Below are positions 1 through 8,492 of a stretch of 32,291 bases of DNA, piece by piece. The DNA is from a virus. Position 1 is the stretch's first letter. Every line of letters begins with the position of its first letter. Made by a program: the position numbers and the translations under genes. The DNA is taken from IMG/VR virus record IMGVR_UViG_3300045988_153208. One strand, 5' to 3'. Below the pieces are notes generated by a model. That model searched no databases, was not told the origin of the DNA, and worked only from the letters and a program-made list of their open reading frames with translations.

Positions 1-84
1 ATTATGCGTTTTCAAGAGGTAAAATTATCAAGTTTTACCCAATCGCCACTCCATTGACCGACACCCGGACATTTATATCTTTAA

Positions 85-125
85 TTGATTTTTAATAAAA
101 ATTTTTATATAATATATATATAAAC
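85..125 (+). promoter_or_regulatory. sigma70-type promoter cassette copy 1 (TTGATT-N17-TATAAT + ATATATATAA)
   Basis: TTGATT at 85-90, 17-nt AT spacer, TATAAT at 108-113, conserved ATATATATAA tail. One of 10 near-identical copies. AGGAGG RBS and ATG follow at 166/180. Confidence 0.6.
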
Positions 126-179
126 AATAAGAAATGAATTAACAACAGTTCAACTACAACTAATCAGGAGGTAATAAAT

Positions 180-641
180 ATGAATGCTGCCGGCTTTTAT
201 CGTTTTGATGTTCATTTCTTCGATGGCGCTGAACAGAATGCCCACGGTTTCGTATATGCGAAGAATTACGCGAATGCCGTTGAGAAGGTTTGTGATATGG
301 TTGATGATGAAGACATCGCAGATATCAAGATTGAAGGTATGGAGCCCGGTGAAGTCCTCCTGATGCCCGACTGGATTGCTGACAAAATTACCAAGTACGA
401 CTATTTCAGCAGCGGCGATTACGCGCGCGAGGACAAAAATGTTCAATTTAAGAATGCTGATTCTGTGCCGACCGCAAAAAAGACTGACGAAGTTATGAAG
501 GAGATTGAGAAGCATCTGACCAGTGGCAACTATGGCCCCTCTGACAAACTCCCTCTGTCTCAGCAGTCTATCGAATATATCAACGAGTGCGTTAAGAACG
601 GTCTCCCTATCGAGATGCCCAGCCACGGAGATGAAACCTAA
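180..641 (+). CDS. hypothetical protein (153 aa)
   Basis: ORF track. AGGAGG RBS 8 nt upstream of ATG. TAATG overlap with the next gene. Confidence 0.6.
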   Translation: MNAAGFYRFDVHFFDGAEQNAHGFVYAKNYANAVEKVCDMVDDEDIADIKIEGMEPGEVLLMPDWIADKITKYDYFSSGDYAREDKNVQFKNADSVPTAKKTDEVMKEIEKHLTSGNYGPSDKLPLSQQSIEYINECVKNGLPIEMPSHGDET

Positions 642-1090
642 TGTGGCAACGAACCTGTAAAGAGTGCGCTTATTTCGATGATATGCGCTGTAAGATTAGC
701 GGACAACCCGCTATCTCTCATAACATTGCTTGTGCCTCATTCAGTAGCAAACGCTACGAGTGCGAGATTTGCCACCGTCAAATTCACCATACTGAGGTAA
801 TCTATGATAGCAAAAGTAATAAGATTGTTTGTTCAGATTGCTGTAATCGTCTGTCTACGTGTGATAATTGCCACAATGGAAATATCTGCCTTTTTGAAAC
901 AGACCCATCACCACTTCCGAAACAAATACAAAAACAAATCCGTCAGGGAAATATGTTCGGACAAACAATCATAAAAAATCCCGACAGAACCCTCATTACG
1001 TGCAAGAAAGGTTGTCCTTGTTGGGACACTGAAACAGAAAGTTGTAATAAACAACTTCGATACTGCGCTAACATTCAGGAGGTTATATGA
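641..1090 (+). CDS. hypothetical Cys-rich (multi CxxC) protein, 149 aa
   Basis: ORF track. Many CxxC pairs suggest zinc ribbons. Translationally coupled to the upstream gene. Confidence 0.55.
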   Translation: MWQRTCKECAYFDDMRCKISGQPAISHNIACASFSSKRYECEICHRQIHHTEVIYDSKSNKIVCSDCCNRLSTCDNCHNGNICLFETDPSPLPKQIQKQIRQGNMFGQTIIKNPDRTLITCKKGCPCWDTETESCNKQLRYCANIQEVI

Positions 1091-1144
1091 AGGCGCACGT
1101 TGGGCAAAATTCTTAAATTTAACAAAACTGACCAGGAGGAGCGT

Positions 1145-1342
1145 ATGAAACGTAAAGGCTACGACATCTACATCGGCAAACGTGGTGCGATTTATTACCT
1201 CGAAACTATCGAGGAAACTAATCCACTCGTCGCAGATACCTATGCCTATGATAAAGCACTCGACAAGTTTGGCGATATTCCAGAAGTAGTATGGAAAGCA
1301 ATCCCGGCAGTAATTTGGATACCGGAGGATGGAAGAGAATGA
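1145..1342 (+). CDS. hypothetical protein (65 aa)
   Basis: ATG preceded by AGGAGGAG. The ORF track start at 1100 is a TTG. ATGA overlap with the next gene. Confidence 0.45.
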   Translation: MKRKGYDIYIGKRGAIYYLETIEETNPLVADTYAYDKALDKFGDIPEVVWKAIPAVIWIPEDGRE

Positions 1343-1557
1343 CACTATTTAGAATTAACCTTGAAGACTGTGGTTGTTTTTGCATTGACCTCGACACCAT
1401 CAGTTCATTCTATATCGGCATCGGCAATAAACTGAAAATTCTCCCTATCGGAGGTTCTGAGTATATCGCCCCTATCACGATTTGCCCGCAGGATGCTAAG
1501 CGTCTCGTTGAGGCCTGGGAGAGTCGAGACGGAGGAGAGCGCATTAATGCTGTATAA
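1339..1557 (+). CDS. hypothetical protein (72 aa)
   Basis: ATG at 1339 preceded by GGAGGATGG. The longer 1291 start lies inside the previous gene. Confidence 0.45.
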   Translation: MTLFRINLEDCGCFCIDLDTISSFYIGIGNKLKILPIGGSEYIAPITICPQDAKRLVEAWESRDGGERINAV

Positions 1558-1897
1558 TATTTACTATTATAATGTTTTCTCGCCAGACCGAGAAACGCCT
1601 TGTATTCAAGAAAAATCAAAAGAGTTTGAAAATTTCCGCGAGGCCACTCTCTATGCAGCCACTCGATGTATTGACAGTCAATTTGAGTGGGAGCCTCAGA
1701 TTGGTCGAGTTGAAGATTATATCGACCTGGCGCACCGGAATCCTTATCTTATTGAAAAAGGTATCGATTCTAAATTAATGGATGCTATTGGGCGTAAACA
1801 ATACTGTATAAATACTACCGTAGATATGTGGTTTTACGCCGTTCCAGTAGAAGATGATAATCTAATTAAAGAGGCATTTGAAAATGGAACTCTATAA
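1547..1897 (+). CDS. hypothetical protein (116 aa)
   Basis: ATG at 1547 preceded by GGAGGAGAG. ORF track frame 1493..1897. Confidence 0.45.
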   Translation: MLYNIYYYNVFSPDRETPCIQEKSKEFENFREATLYAATRCIDSQFEWEPQIGRVEDYIDLAHRNPYLIEKGIDSKLMDAIGRKQYCINTTVDMWFYAVPVEDDNLIKEAFENGTL

Positions 1898-2246
1898 TCT
1901 CTATTCCTACATCGAAACTGTCGATGAACCTGACACATTTCTATATCTGTTCTCGGCCCGTTTCGACAATGATGAAGATGCCGAGGCTAGCGCATACAAT
2001 GAAACTTGCCTGCGCTATGAAGAGTGTGAAAATGAATATCGTCTACCTACTCTCGATGATATAGTTGCCGAATTGGAAGAAAACGCACGCAAAAATGGTA
2101 AATCAGCAGCATTAACCAAAGAAATGTATAGAGACGCAATTGAAATATCCATTGATGTGCGTAATGAATATATTGACTCTTACGCGATTCGAGCGATAGA
2201 CGACGACCGCAACTATGAAGATATATTTGATTATGACAATGCGTAA
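1884..2246 (+). CDS. hypothetical acidic protein (120 aa)
   Basis: ORF track, whose own start is a TTG at 1878. First ATG at 1884 after GAGG. Confidence 0.5.
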   Translation: MELYNLYSYIETVDEPDTFLYLFSARFDNDEDAEASAYNETCLRYEECENEYRLPTLDDIVAELEENARKNGKSAALTKEMYRDAIEISIDVRNEYIDSYAIRAIDDDRNYEDIFDYDNA

Positions 2247-2334
2247 TTAAATTCGTCAAGATTTTCACCACCTTATATTTCTATTATCATTATACCAAAT
2301 AATTTTGGAAAAATCAATACAAGGAGAATTGAAA

Positions 2335-2616
2335 ATGGCTGTTAAAATTCGTAAAGCATTTACTATTATGCCCGATTCCCTCTATGATGACCAGCGCTAT
2401 ATTTTCCACGGCATCGACCGCGCAGAGGCCGAAGAGATTTGTCTCGCATTTGTCGAGGAACTCTTGGATGATGATATTCAGATGTGTCAGCGCGCTGAAC
2501 ACTATCCTGAGATTACATACTGTCCTGACTGGTGGAAGAGCGTCGAACCTGACCTCCGTCTCTGTCAGTACGATTCATTCGTATACGAAACCTCAATTTA
2601 CGATTTTGGACACTAA
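2335..2616 (+). CDS. hypothetical protein (93 aa)
   Basis: ATG after AAGGAGAATTG. ORF track frame 2305..2616. Confidence 0.5.
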   Translation: MAVKIRKAFTIMPDSLYDDQRYIFHGIDRAEAEEICLAFVEELLDDDIQMCQRAEHYPEITYCPDWWKSVEPDLRLCQYDSFVYETSIYDFGH

Positions 2617-2621
2617 TATAT

Positions 2622-2663
2622 AAGAGTATTTGGCGATGCCAAATACTCTTATTTGATTTTTTT
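2622..2663 (+). terminator. rho-independent terminator (13-bp stem AAGAGTATTTGGC/GCCAAATACTCTT + T-tract)
   Basis: Perfect inverted repeat, 3-nt loop, followed by ATTTGATTTTTTT. The T-tract doubles as the -35 of promoter copy 2. Confidence 0.65.
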
Positions 2664-2692
2664 ATAAATTTATAATATAATATATATATAAG
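2653..2692 (+). promoter_or_regulatory. sigma70-type promoter cassette copy 2
   Basis: TTGATT 2653-2658, 17-nt spacer, TATAAT 2676-2681, ATATATATAAG. 66-nt block identical to copy 8 at 16091. Confidence 0.65.
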
Positions 2693-2715
2693 ATGAAGAA
2701 AGGAAATGATACAAA

Positions 2716-2958
2716 ATGAATGATATTGTAATGCGTTTCAGAACTGAACACGGCCAGACTGTTGAGATGACTATGAATGACCTCAAAGATGCATACGATG
2801 AGTATCGTTTCCTGACTAAGCGCGATTATATTCTTGAAAACTATCCTGAGTCCGAGGCTTGCGTGGATAGAATCGCTGCGCGAGCCATTGAACTGGAAGA
2901 CAGTTATCATTATCGGGAAGACGACGCAATCGAACAGGCGTTCGATGAGATTATGTGA
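2716..2958 (+). CDS. hypothetical protein (80 aa)
   Basis: ORF track. Conserved 5' leader AAAGGAAATGATACAAAATG shared with the genes at 16154 and 9784. Confidence 0.55.
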   Translation: MNDIVMRFRTEHGQTVEMTMNDLKDAYDEYRFLTKRDYILENYPESEACVDRIAARAIELEDSYHYREDDAIEQAFDEIM

Positions 2959-2970
2959 GGAGGATGCGCT

Positions 2971-3201
2971 ATGAAGTGGCATTTGATTTCTGAGAAGCGG
3001 CCTGAACTTGGCACTGATGTTCTCGTATGTTTCGAACCGGGCAATCCTTTCGCCTGTGATGTATGTAGTCTCGAAGATGAAGGCGAAGGCCACTATGTTT
3101 GGTGGCGCATTGAAAAAAGTTATCCTGTTGATGATACTGATTATTGGGCTGAGATTCCGATGCCTCAGCCGAGAATTCCCGCTTATAAGGAGGAGGATTA
3201 A
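2971..3201 (+). CDS. DUF551-like small phage protein (76 aa)
   Basis: GAGGAGG RBS. N-terminal MKWHLISEKRPELGTDVLV and C-terminal WAEIPMPQP fit the DUF551 pattern (W-I-x..P-E..V-L-V ... W-x-x-lP-x-P) from memory. Confidence 0.45.
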   Translation: MKWHLISEKRPELGTDVLVCFEPGNPFACDVCSLEDEGEGHYVWWRIEKSYPVDDTDYWAEIPMPQPRIPAYKEED

Positions 3202-3203
3202 CT

Positions 3204-3947
3204 ATGATTGAAGGTCTCTACCCGCCGTTTCAGCATTGGGGTGCGTCCGGTACCACGTGGATTCTGAGCGACACGCATTTCAATGACCCCGACCTCATTC
3301 ACGTATATGCTGACCGCCCCTCCGCAGAAAAGCAGGTGAAGCGCATCAATGCTAAGTGCGGTCGCGCTGATACGCTGATTATCCTTGGTGATGTTGGCGA
3401 TATTTCTTATGTGCGTCAGTTGCGCGCTAAGTATAAGATTCTCGTGATGGGCAATCACGATTCTGGTGCGTCCAACTATCAGCGTCAGATTTACAAGCAG
3501 AAGTTTTATAAGGGCCTGTTTCAGAAGCACGAGGCACTGGACGAAATGAAGCGTCTCTATCCTGATTGCGCCTATTCTATCAGCGATAGTTATGATTTTC
3601 TCGACAATGTTCCTTGCTGGGAAGTCAGCGCCGATAATCGCCTTTTCGACGAGGTATATACGGGTGTTTTGGTCATTGGAGAGAAATTGATGCTCTCTCA
3701 CGAGCCTATTAAGGGATGTGATTGGTGTATGAATATTCACGGCCACGATCATTCTCGCTCTCATAAAAATGATATTTATCATTTCAATGTGTGCGCTGAT
3801 GTGATTGGCTATGAGCCTATAAATTTCAATAAATTTATGAAGGAAGGCCATCTCGCGAATATCGTATCCATTCACCGCGATACGATTGATAGAGCCACGT
3901 ATAACGCTCGTAAGCGTGGCTACCGGCTGGGGAGGAAACCGCAATGA
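3204..3947 (+). CDS. calcineurin-like metallophosphoesterase (Ser/Thr phosphatase-like), 247 aa
   Basis: Motifs ILSDTHF (DxH), ILGDVGD (GDxxD), GNHD, HGHDH (GHxH) in the canonical order. AAGGAGGAGG RBS. Confidence 0.85.
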   Translation: MIEGLYPPFQHWGASGTTWILSDTHFNDPDLIHVYADRPSAEKQVKRINAKCGRADTLIILGDVGDISYVRQLRAKYKILVMGNHDSGASNYQRQIYKQKFYKGLFQKHEALDEMKRLYPDCAYSISDSYDFLDNVPCWEVSADNRLFDEVYTGVLVIGEKLMLSHEPIKGCDWCMNIHGHDHSRSHKNDIYHFNVCADVIGYEPINFNKFMKEGHLANIVSIHRDTIDRATYNARKRGYRLGRKPQ

Positions 3948-4132
3948 ATAAAATATTGTTTGCTCTCGTTCTCACAGGTATCGGCTTTTTCTTTTTTAAT
4001 ACGTTTCTCCACGAGAAGAGTGAGAGTAAATTATTCGATATTATGATAGCATTTATGTGTATCCTTATCGCAGTTGCTCTCATTACTATGTGGATTGTCC
4101 TCATTATTCAATTAATTAGTGGTACGCTATGA
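3944..4132 (+). CDS. small membrane protein (62 aa, 2 TM)
   Basis: ORF track. ATGA overlap with upstream gene. Two hydrophobic helices. Confidence 0.5.
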   Translation: MNKILFALVLTGIGFFFFNTFLHEKSESKLFDIMIAFMCILIAVALITMWIVLIIQLISGTL

Positions 4133-4302
4133 TATTCCGACTTATCCTCCTTATGGTTCTTGGAGCCTCCATTTGTGTAGGAATTGAGACAATGTGGCAC
4201 GCTTTCAAAAATGGGAAATGGCCTCTTGGAATAGTAGTAATTTTTGAGGTTATAGGGTTTATTCTTATGACTATATTCTTTATTAAGGAACAGGTGCTAT
4301 AA
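4129..4302 (+). CDS. small membrane protein (57 aa)
   Basis: ATG overlapping the upstream stop (ATGA). MIFRLILLMVLGASICVGIE. Below the 60-aa cutoff of the ORF track. Confidence 0.4.
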   Translation: MIFRLILLMVLGASICVGIETMWHAFKNGKWPLGIVVIFEVIGFILMTIFFIKEQVL

Positions 4303-4475
4303 TGTTTTTCAATATTCTAAACCAACTCCTTCTGTTTATTTTCGGTCTTCTACTGTTCGCCATTGCGCTGGATAATATCGAAGACCCTTTCTATCATAAA
4401 TGGGGCATCATTCTCCCGTTTATTGGGGCTATGTCTTGCGCGGCCTGTATTATTCATAATCTGTTTCAGGGGTGA
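4302..4475 (+). CDS. small membrane protein (57 aa)
   Basis: TAATG coupling. AGGTG RBS. MFFNILNQLLLFIFGLLLFAIAL. Below ORF-track cutoff. Confidence 0.4.
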   Translation: MFFNILNQLLLFIFGLLLFAIALDNIEDPFYHKWGIILPFIGAMSCAACIIHNLFQG

Positions 4476-4480
4476 TTACT

Positions 4481-4675
4481 ATGTCTGTTTTTGGTATTAT
4501 TACATTTGCCCTTTGTATGGTTGTTATTTTTGCTTATATGTATAAGTCTTATCATATACTTAAATATTACCGTGAGCAGGGCAAATGGTTCATTTGGGCA
4601 GTTTTGAATATTCTGTCTATCACAATTATCGTGGAGGCCACTGAAATTATTGTGGAGGTTGCTCATCTATGCTAA
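4481..4675 (+). CDS. small membrane protein (64 aa)
   Basis: GGGGTGA RBS 8 nt before the ATG. The ORF track frame 4472..4675 starts at a GTG. Confidence 0.45.
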   Translation: MSVFGIITFALCMVVIFAYMYKSYHILKYYREQGKWFIWAVLNILSITIIVEATEIIVEVAHLC

Positions 4676-5073
4676 CTACTATTTTATTTATTGTAGTATT
4701 CATTATCAGCGCTTCTTTGTGCTATAAATTCCGCAATCGTGATATTTCTATGGCTTTTCTTTTGATTGCGGTTTGCTGTGCGATTGGTCTTATTGTGTGT
4801 GGGGCTATGTGCGCTTGTACGCCATATGACTCTGACCTTCGCACACAAGATGCGATGGATAAGGAGCGCACGCTTCTTGAACTGCGTATTAATGATGATT
4901 ATTGGCGCAAAGATGCTCGCCTGACCGCGGAACTCGTCCACGATGTAGATGAATACAATGAATTGGTTATCTCAATGCGCAAGACCTATAACAGTGAATG
5001 GACTTCTTGGTTTGGTCGCTCTTGGATGGCTGACCTAACTACCGTAGAATTTCCAGAAGGAGGATGGAAATGA
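4669..5073 (+). CDS. membrane-anchored hypothetical protein (134 aa)
   Basis: GGAGGT RBS. N-terminal TM helix then a soluble domain. Confidence 0.55.
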   Translation: MLTTILFIVVFIISASLCYKFRNRDISMAFLLIAVCCAIGLIVCGAMCACTPYDSDLRTQDAMDKERTLLELRINDDYWRKDARLTAELVHDVDEYNELVISMRKTYNSEWTSWFGRSWMADLTTVEFPEGGWK

Positions 5074-5462
5074 TTCTAATTCTGTTGCCATTAGTGGTTA
5101 TGATTATTTGTATTATTCTATATCATAAGATAAAGAATATTGATAATCAAGAGTGTATTGGTTGCGTTTTTGCGATAGCCCTTGTCACTCTTATAATTTT
5201 CAGTGTTATCTGGTTTCTTATTCGTGTTTGCGACTATGATAAATTCCAGATAGACGCGGAACGCGCAAACATCGTTCGATATATTGAGAAATATGGCGAT
5301 GATGCAGACACTAACGAAGATATTTATAACACTATTTATGACAAGGTTTACGATTTTAATTATCGAGTATATAGATGTCAGAGGACTCGGTCAAATCCTC
5401 TCATCAGTTGGTTTAGAGCCGGATGGTGGATGGAGATTGAGCCGATAGATTGGGCGCCGTAA
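5070..5462 (+). CDS. membrane protein (130 aa, 2 TM)
   Basis: ATG at 5070 (ATGA overlap) 6 nt after GGAGG. The track start at 5064 abuts the RBS. Confidence 0.5.
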   Translation: MILILLPLVVMIICIILYHKIKNIDNQECIGCVFAIALVTLIIFSVIWFLIRVCDYDKFQIDAERANIVRYIEKYGDDADTNEDIYNTIYDKVYDFNYRVYRCQRTRSNPLISWFRAGWWMEIEPIDWAP

Positions 5463-5473
5463 GGAGGTATAAT

Positions 5474-5758
5474 ATGGATTCTTTGTTTGATTTGATGTTT
5501 GGCATTATGAATAACGATTATTCTAAGGCCGATAAGGTGGGTCACGATGTTATTGGCGATTATACCATTGACACTTGCGACACCGTGGACCAGGGCTATG
5601 AAACCGCTATGTGGAAGGGCGATGGCGATATTATCATCGTTCAGCGGTATCCTGATAGAGCGAGAGCCGAAGAGGGTCATCAGAAGTGGGTTGGTTTCGC
5701 TGAGACGAAGCCTAAGGATGTGTATAGCGTTCAGGTAGACGCGCACGTCAATTTCTAA
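5474..5758 (+). CDS. hypothetical protein (94 aa)
   Basis: AAGGAGGT RBS. ORF track frame 5450..5758. Confidence 0.5.
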   Translation: MDSLFDLMFGIMNNDYSKADKVGHDVIGDYTIDTCDTVDQGYETAMWKGDGDIIIVQRYPDRARAEEGHQKWVGFAETKPKDVYSVQVDAHVNF

Positions 5759-5767
5759 TAATTAGGT

Positions 5768-5813
5768 CAATGGAGGGTTTTACCAAACGTAAAATCCTCC
5801 ATTGATTTTTTTT
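5768..5813 (+). terminator. rho-independent terminator (15-bp stem) fused to promoter copy 3
   Basis: CAATGGAGGGTTTTA / TAAAATCCTCCATTG with a 7-nt loop, then GATTTTTTTT. Confidence 0.65.
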
Positions 5814-5842
5814 AAAAATTATTATATAATATATATATAAGG
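5802..5842 (+). promoter_or_regulatory. sigma70-type promoter cassette copy 3
   Basis: TTGATT 5802-5807, 17-nt spacer, TATAAT 5825-5830, ATATATATAAGG. Confidence 0.65.
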
Positions 5843-5860
5843 TAAAAGAGAAAGGAATTG

Positions 5861-6544
5861 ATGTTTATGATGATTTTTCCTACCTTGCATATTGAGTTTG
5901 AAAAGTGGAAATTTAATAAGGAGTATGGAGTTTGGGTTTCCAACTTCGGCAACTTCAAGGACATTCATAAGCGTCCTATTCCTAAGAAAATCTTCCAGCA
6001 GAATGGTTATGTAAGCGTAAAGACCAAGCACGGCAATCGTATGGCTCATCGCCTGGTGATGTATACGTGGTGTCCCATTGAAGACCGCGAGGCGTTCACT
6101 GTTGACCATATTGACCACAACAAGCGCAATAACCGCGTTGACAATCTGGAATGGGTCAGCCAGGCTGAAAATATTATGCGCGCCAACGATGACATTGTAA
6201 TGAATCCTGCTCCTATTATTAACAATGCGGGCGCCGAACCCACCGACCGGGACACTGGGAAAATTCTGGAAGAGTGCGACAATACTCTGGCTAAGTGGCT
6301 GGCTACTACTACTGATACTACTTGCCGGTCTTTCATTGTTCAGGAGGGTATCACTCTTGATACTGTTTTTACCAACACTGATGGTTTCAAGGGCACGGCG
6401 ATGGAGGCTATTGATTGGCTCCAAAAGCATAACTCTAAGGTCAGCACTACCGAAGAGAAGTTTTTCTTCAAACTGTGTAATAGCATCCGTATGGATGGTT
6501 TTATGTATTCTCGTAAATGGAATTTTTTGAGAGGAGTTAAATAA
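5861..6544 (+). CDS. HNH homing endonuclease with N-terminal NUMOD4-like motif (227 aa)
   Basis: EKWK..EYGVWVSNFGNFKD (NUMOD4-like). HRLVMYTW...VDHIDHNKRNNRVDNLEWVSQAEN (HNH_3-type H-N-N). ATG at 5861 after AAAGGAA. Confidence 0.8.
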   Translation: MFMMIFPTLHIEFEKWKFNKEYGVWVSNFGNFKDIHKRPIPKKIFQQNGYVSVKTKHGNRMAHRLVMYTWCPIEDREAFTVDHIDHNKRNNRVDNLEWVSQAENIMRANDDIVMNPAPIINNAGAEPTDRDTGKILEECDNTLAKWLATTTDTTCRSFIVQEGITLDTVFTNTDGFKGTAMEAIDWLQKHNSKVSTTEEKFFFKLCNSIRMDGFMYSRKWNFLRGVK

Positions 6545-6840
6545 TGAGAGTAGCAATTTACGCAACTGAGCCCTATTATGGTGGGCTCCACGGATATTTC
6601 AACTGCGGCATCTACCACATTAATACTTTTAGTGAGGCTGATGAAATCGGTCGATATCTGTGTGATGAACTGATTGATAGTTATACTACACTGACCGACC
6701 TCTACGAAGATGGCGAACGTGAGTATGATTATGCTATCTATGAAATCCCTAATGCGTTCGATGATATCGACGATGACCAGCTTGATGCCAACCTTTATGA
6801 CTACGGTTTGAGCGATTTTATCAAGAAATATTCTCTCTAA
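6544..6840 (+). CDS. hypothetical acidic protein (98 aa)
   Basis: TAATG coupling. GAGAGGAG RBS. Confidence 0.55.
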   Translation: MRVAIYATEPYYGGLHGYFNCGIYHINTFSEADEIGRYLCDELIDSYTTLTDLYEDGEREYDYAIYEIPNAFDDIDDDQLDANLYDYGLSDFIKKYSL

Positions 6841-6880
6841 TTGATTTTTTTAAAAATTTATAATATAATATATATATAAG
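6841..6880 (+). promoter_or_regulatory. sigma70-type promoter cassette copy 4
   Basis: TTGATT 6841-6846, 17-nt spacer, TATAAT 6864-6869, ATATATATAAG. Begins directly after the stop of the upstream gene. Confidence 0.65.
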
Positions 6881-6903
6881 ATAAAGGAAGGGGAAATCAA
6901 ACA

Positions 6904-7092
6904 ATGTATCGTACTATTGAAATTTGGGACGATGATGATGTCGTTGAGACCGATTTTGATATCTATAATCAGGCATTCGCCCTGTACGCACATCGGTTCT
7001 CCTATTGTACTCTTCCCTTCGTTGATTTCCTCATTGTAGATATGAGCACTGGCGAAGTGGTGTTTCAGGCATCCACTGTCAAAATGATTTAA
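6904..7092 (+). CDS. hypothetical protein (62 aa)
   Basis: ORF track. AAAGGAAGGGG upstream. Confidence 0.5.
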   Translation: MYRTIEIWDDDDVVETDFDIYNQAFALYAHRFSYCTLPFVDFLIVDMSTGEVVFQASTVKMI

Positions 7093-7102
7093 GGAGGAAC
7101 TT

Positions 7103-7300
7103 ATGGCTCGTCGAGAATTTAACCGTCTTGCTGAATACTGTGAGGAGACTTATGGTTCTCCTTATAATCGTGAAGAGGCCTGGTTCATCTGCGCGGAATG
7201 CGGTGAGATAATTTATTTTGACGATTGGACTGAGGAAGAGACGCACGGCTGGGCATATTGCCCTATCTGTGAGACTAATCTGTATGAGGATGTGGAATAA
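7103..7300 (+). CDS. zinc-ribbon protein (65 aa; CxxC...CxxC)
   Basis: GGAGGAA RBS. CAECGE...CPICE. Confidence 0.55.
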   Translation: MARREFNRLAEYCEETYGSPYNREEAWFICAECGEIIYFDDWTEEETHGWAYCPICETNLYEDVE

Positions 7301-7476
7301 TGAAAGTTTGGTATGAGCGCACGGTTCGCAATTTCATCAATGTCCCCTGTGATTGGCCGGAATCGAAAATCTATAAGTATCTTCGTGAGAATACCTGTGG
7401 CCCGTATGATGATTTGGCTTGGTGGTATGACAAAGAGATTGTCGAGGGTGATGAAGATGAAGATGAAATTATCTGA
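7300..7476 (+). CDS. hypothetical protein (58 aa)
   Basis: TAATG coupling. Read by hand from the sequence. Below ORF-track cutoff. Confidence 0.4.
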   Translation: MKVWYERTVRNFINVPCDWPESKIYKYLRENTCGPYDDLAWWYDKEIVEGDEDEDEII

Positions 7477-7663
7477 TGAATTTAATACGCGCACTTACAT
7501 CGACAAACTGATGAATCTGGATATGGCGTTGGAGCGTCTGGCTGGTTTGTTTGATGCGATTAGCGTAGCGATGCACGAAAAGGAAATTGAGGAAGCTGAG
7601 TATGATATTCAGCGCATCTACGAGTTCCGCAATTATATCGACAAAATGATGGAGGGCGAATAA
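7451..7663 (+). CDS. hypothetical protein (70 aa)
   Basis: ATG run MKMKMK after GAGGGTG. C-terminal part of ORF-track frame 7313..7663. Confidence 0.45.
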   Translation: MKMKMKLSDEFNTRTYIDKLMNLDMALERLAGLFDAISVAMHEKEIEEAEYDIQRIYEFRNYIDKMMEGE

Positions 7664-7836
7664 TGAATATTCCTACTACTGTTAATAAGGTCGAAGCCAA
7701 TGCCTGTCTGATGAACATTCGGACTGAGATTGATGCTCTGGTCAAACACGGCGAACTGGATAACGACGAGGGTTGTTATATGGCTCATTGTTTGAATATC
7801 ATTGATACCTACATCAATAGGGGTGATGCGGAATGA
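7663..7836 (+). CDS. hypothetical protein (57 aa)
   Basis: TAATG coupling. GGAGGG RBS. Read by hand from the sequence. Confidence 0.4.
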   Translation: MNIPTTVNKVEANACLMNIRTEIDALVKHGELDNDEGCYMAHCLNIIDTYINRGDAE

Positions 7837-8117
7837 CTAAATATTTCCACATTACCATCACTACCGCGCTTAGGGACAAGGACGAGTTTTATGTCTATTT
7901 CAGAGATAATACTGAGGACGAAATCTATTATACGCTTCACGACTTTATTGAAGATAACTTGGATGAGATTGCGACTAAGTATTTTGATAGCGATGAAATC
8001 GTTAAGCGTGGTATGACCGAAGATTATTACTTTCACGAGTCCGAGGCCGACTATGATGAAATCACCGAAACTGAATACCGCGAAGCAATGAATCAAATTT
8101 TTGGCAATCTCGATTAA
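7833..8117 (+). CDS. hypothetical acidic protein (94 aa)
   Basis: ORF track. GGGGTGA RBS. ATGA overlap. Confidence 0.55.
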   Translation: MTKYFHITITTALRDKDEFYVYFRDNTEDEIYYTLHDFIEDNLDEIATKYFDSDEIVKRGMTEDYYFHESEADYDEITETEYREAMNQIFGNLD

Positions 8118-8129
8118 GGAGGTAGTCAA

Positions 8130-8492
8130 ATGAAGAAAATAGATTTAGATCGTTTTATGATTTGGGTCTGTCTGATATTACTCTTGGGTATGATGATTTG
8201 GGTAGTAGTTAAGACAGTCCATAAGGCGGAGCAAGGTCGTGTAAACGGCCCAGCAAACAAAATGGAAGAACTACAAGACGGAAGTTTTTTCCCCGTTGAT
8301 AGTGAGCGATTCCTGAAAATAGACAGTGGTGAGGTATGCGGGCATACCGCCACAGTGTATGCCGATTCTATTACTGGCGTTATGTATATTTTCGTCGGTG
8401 GATATGGCAGTTTTTGTCCGCTATATAATGAAGATGGGTCATTGATGATATATGACCCCAGCGAGGAAATGGTTGATGTTGGACTCGATTAA
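8130..8492 (+). CDS. membrane-anchored protein, paralog A (120 aa)
   Basis: AAGGAGG RBS. N-terminal TM helix. Shares F-x-VD-GEV-G...TGV-YI...PLY..G-L-IY with the next gene. Confidence 0.55.
   Translation: MKKIDLDRFMIWVCLILLLGMMIWVVVKTVHKAEQGRVNGPANKMEELQDGSFFPVDSERFLKIDSGEVCGHTATVYADSITGVMYIFVGGYGSFCPLYNEDGSLMIYDPSEEMVDVGLD

Noticed and set aside
1100-1144. ORF-track starts at 1100, 1291 (ATG), 1493 (ATG), 1878, 2305, 4472, 5858, 9766, 10756, 11111, 11431, 12717, 13736, 14325, which are mostly TTG or GTG and extend the ORFs 5'-ward.
   Set aside because: In each case a canonical ATG with an SD at 5-10 nt lies a few codons downstream. The longer versions start inside the preceding gene or abut the RBS.
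2693-2718. Eight-codon mini-ORF MKKGNDTK inside promoter copies 2 and 8, whose TGA overlaps the main ATG.
   Set aside because: Its ATG lies only about 4 nt downstream of the predicted transcription start with no SD. The AAAGGAAA inside it is better read as the RBS of the main gene.
3198-3944. Long minus-strand ORFs antisense to confident + strand genes: 150..626, 3198..3944, 5822..6565, 9742..10467, 15100..16053, 16100..17188, 17303..18433.
   Set aside because: Each lies fully inside a + strand gene with recognisable motifs or RBS-coupled operon structure. They have no RBS, and no other minus-strand gene exists in the window. I treat them as shadow ORFs.
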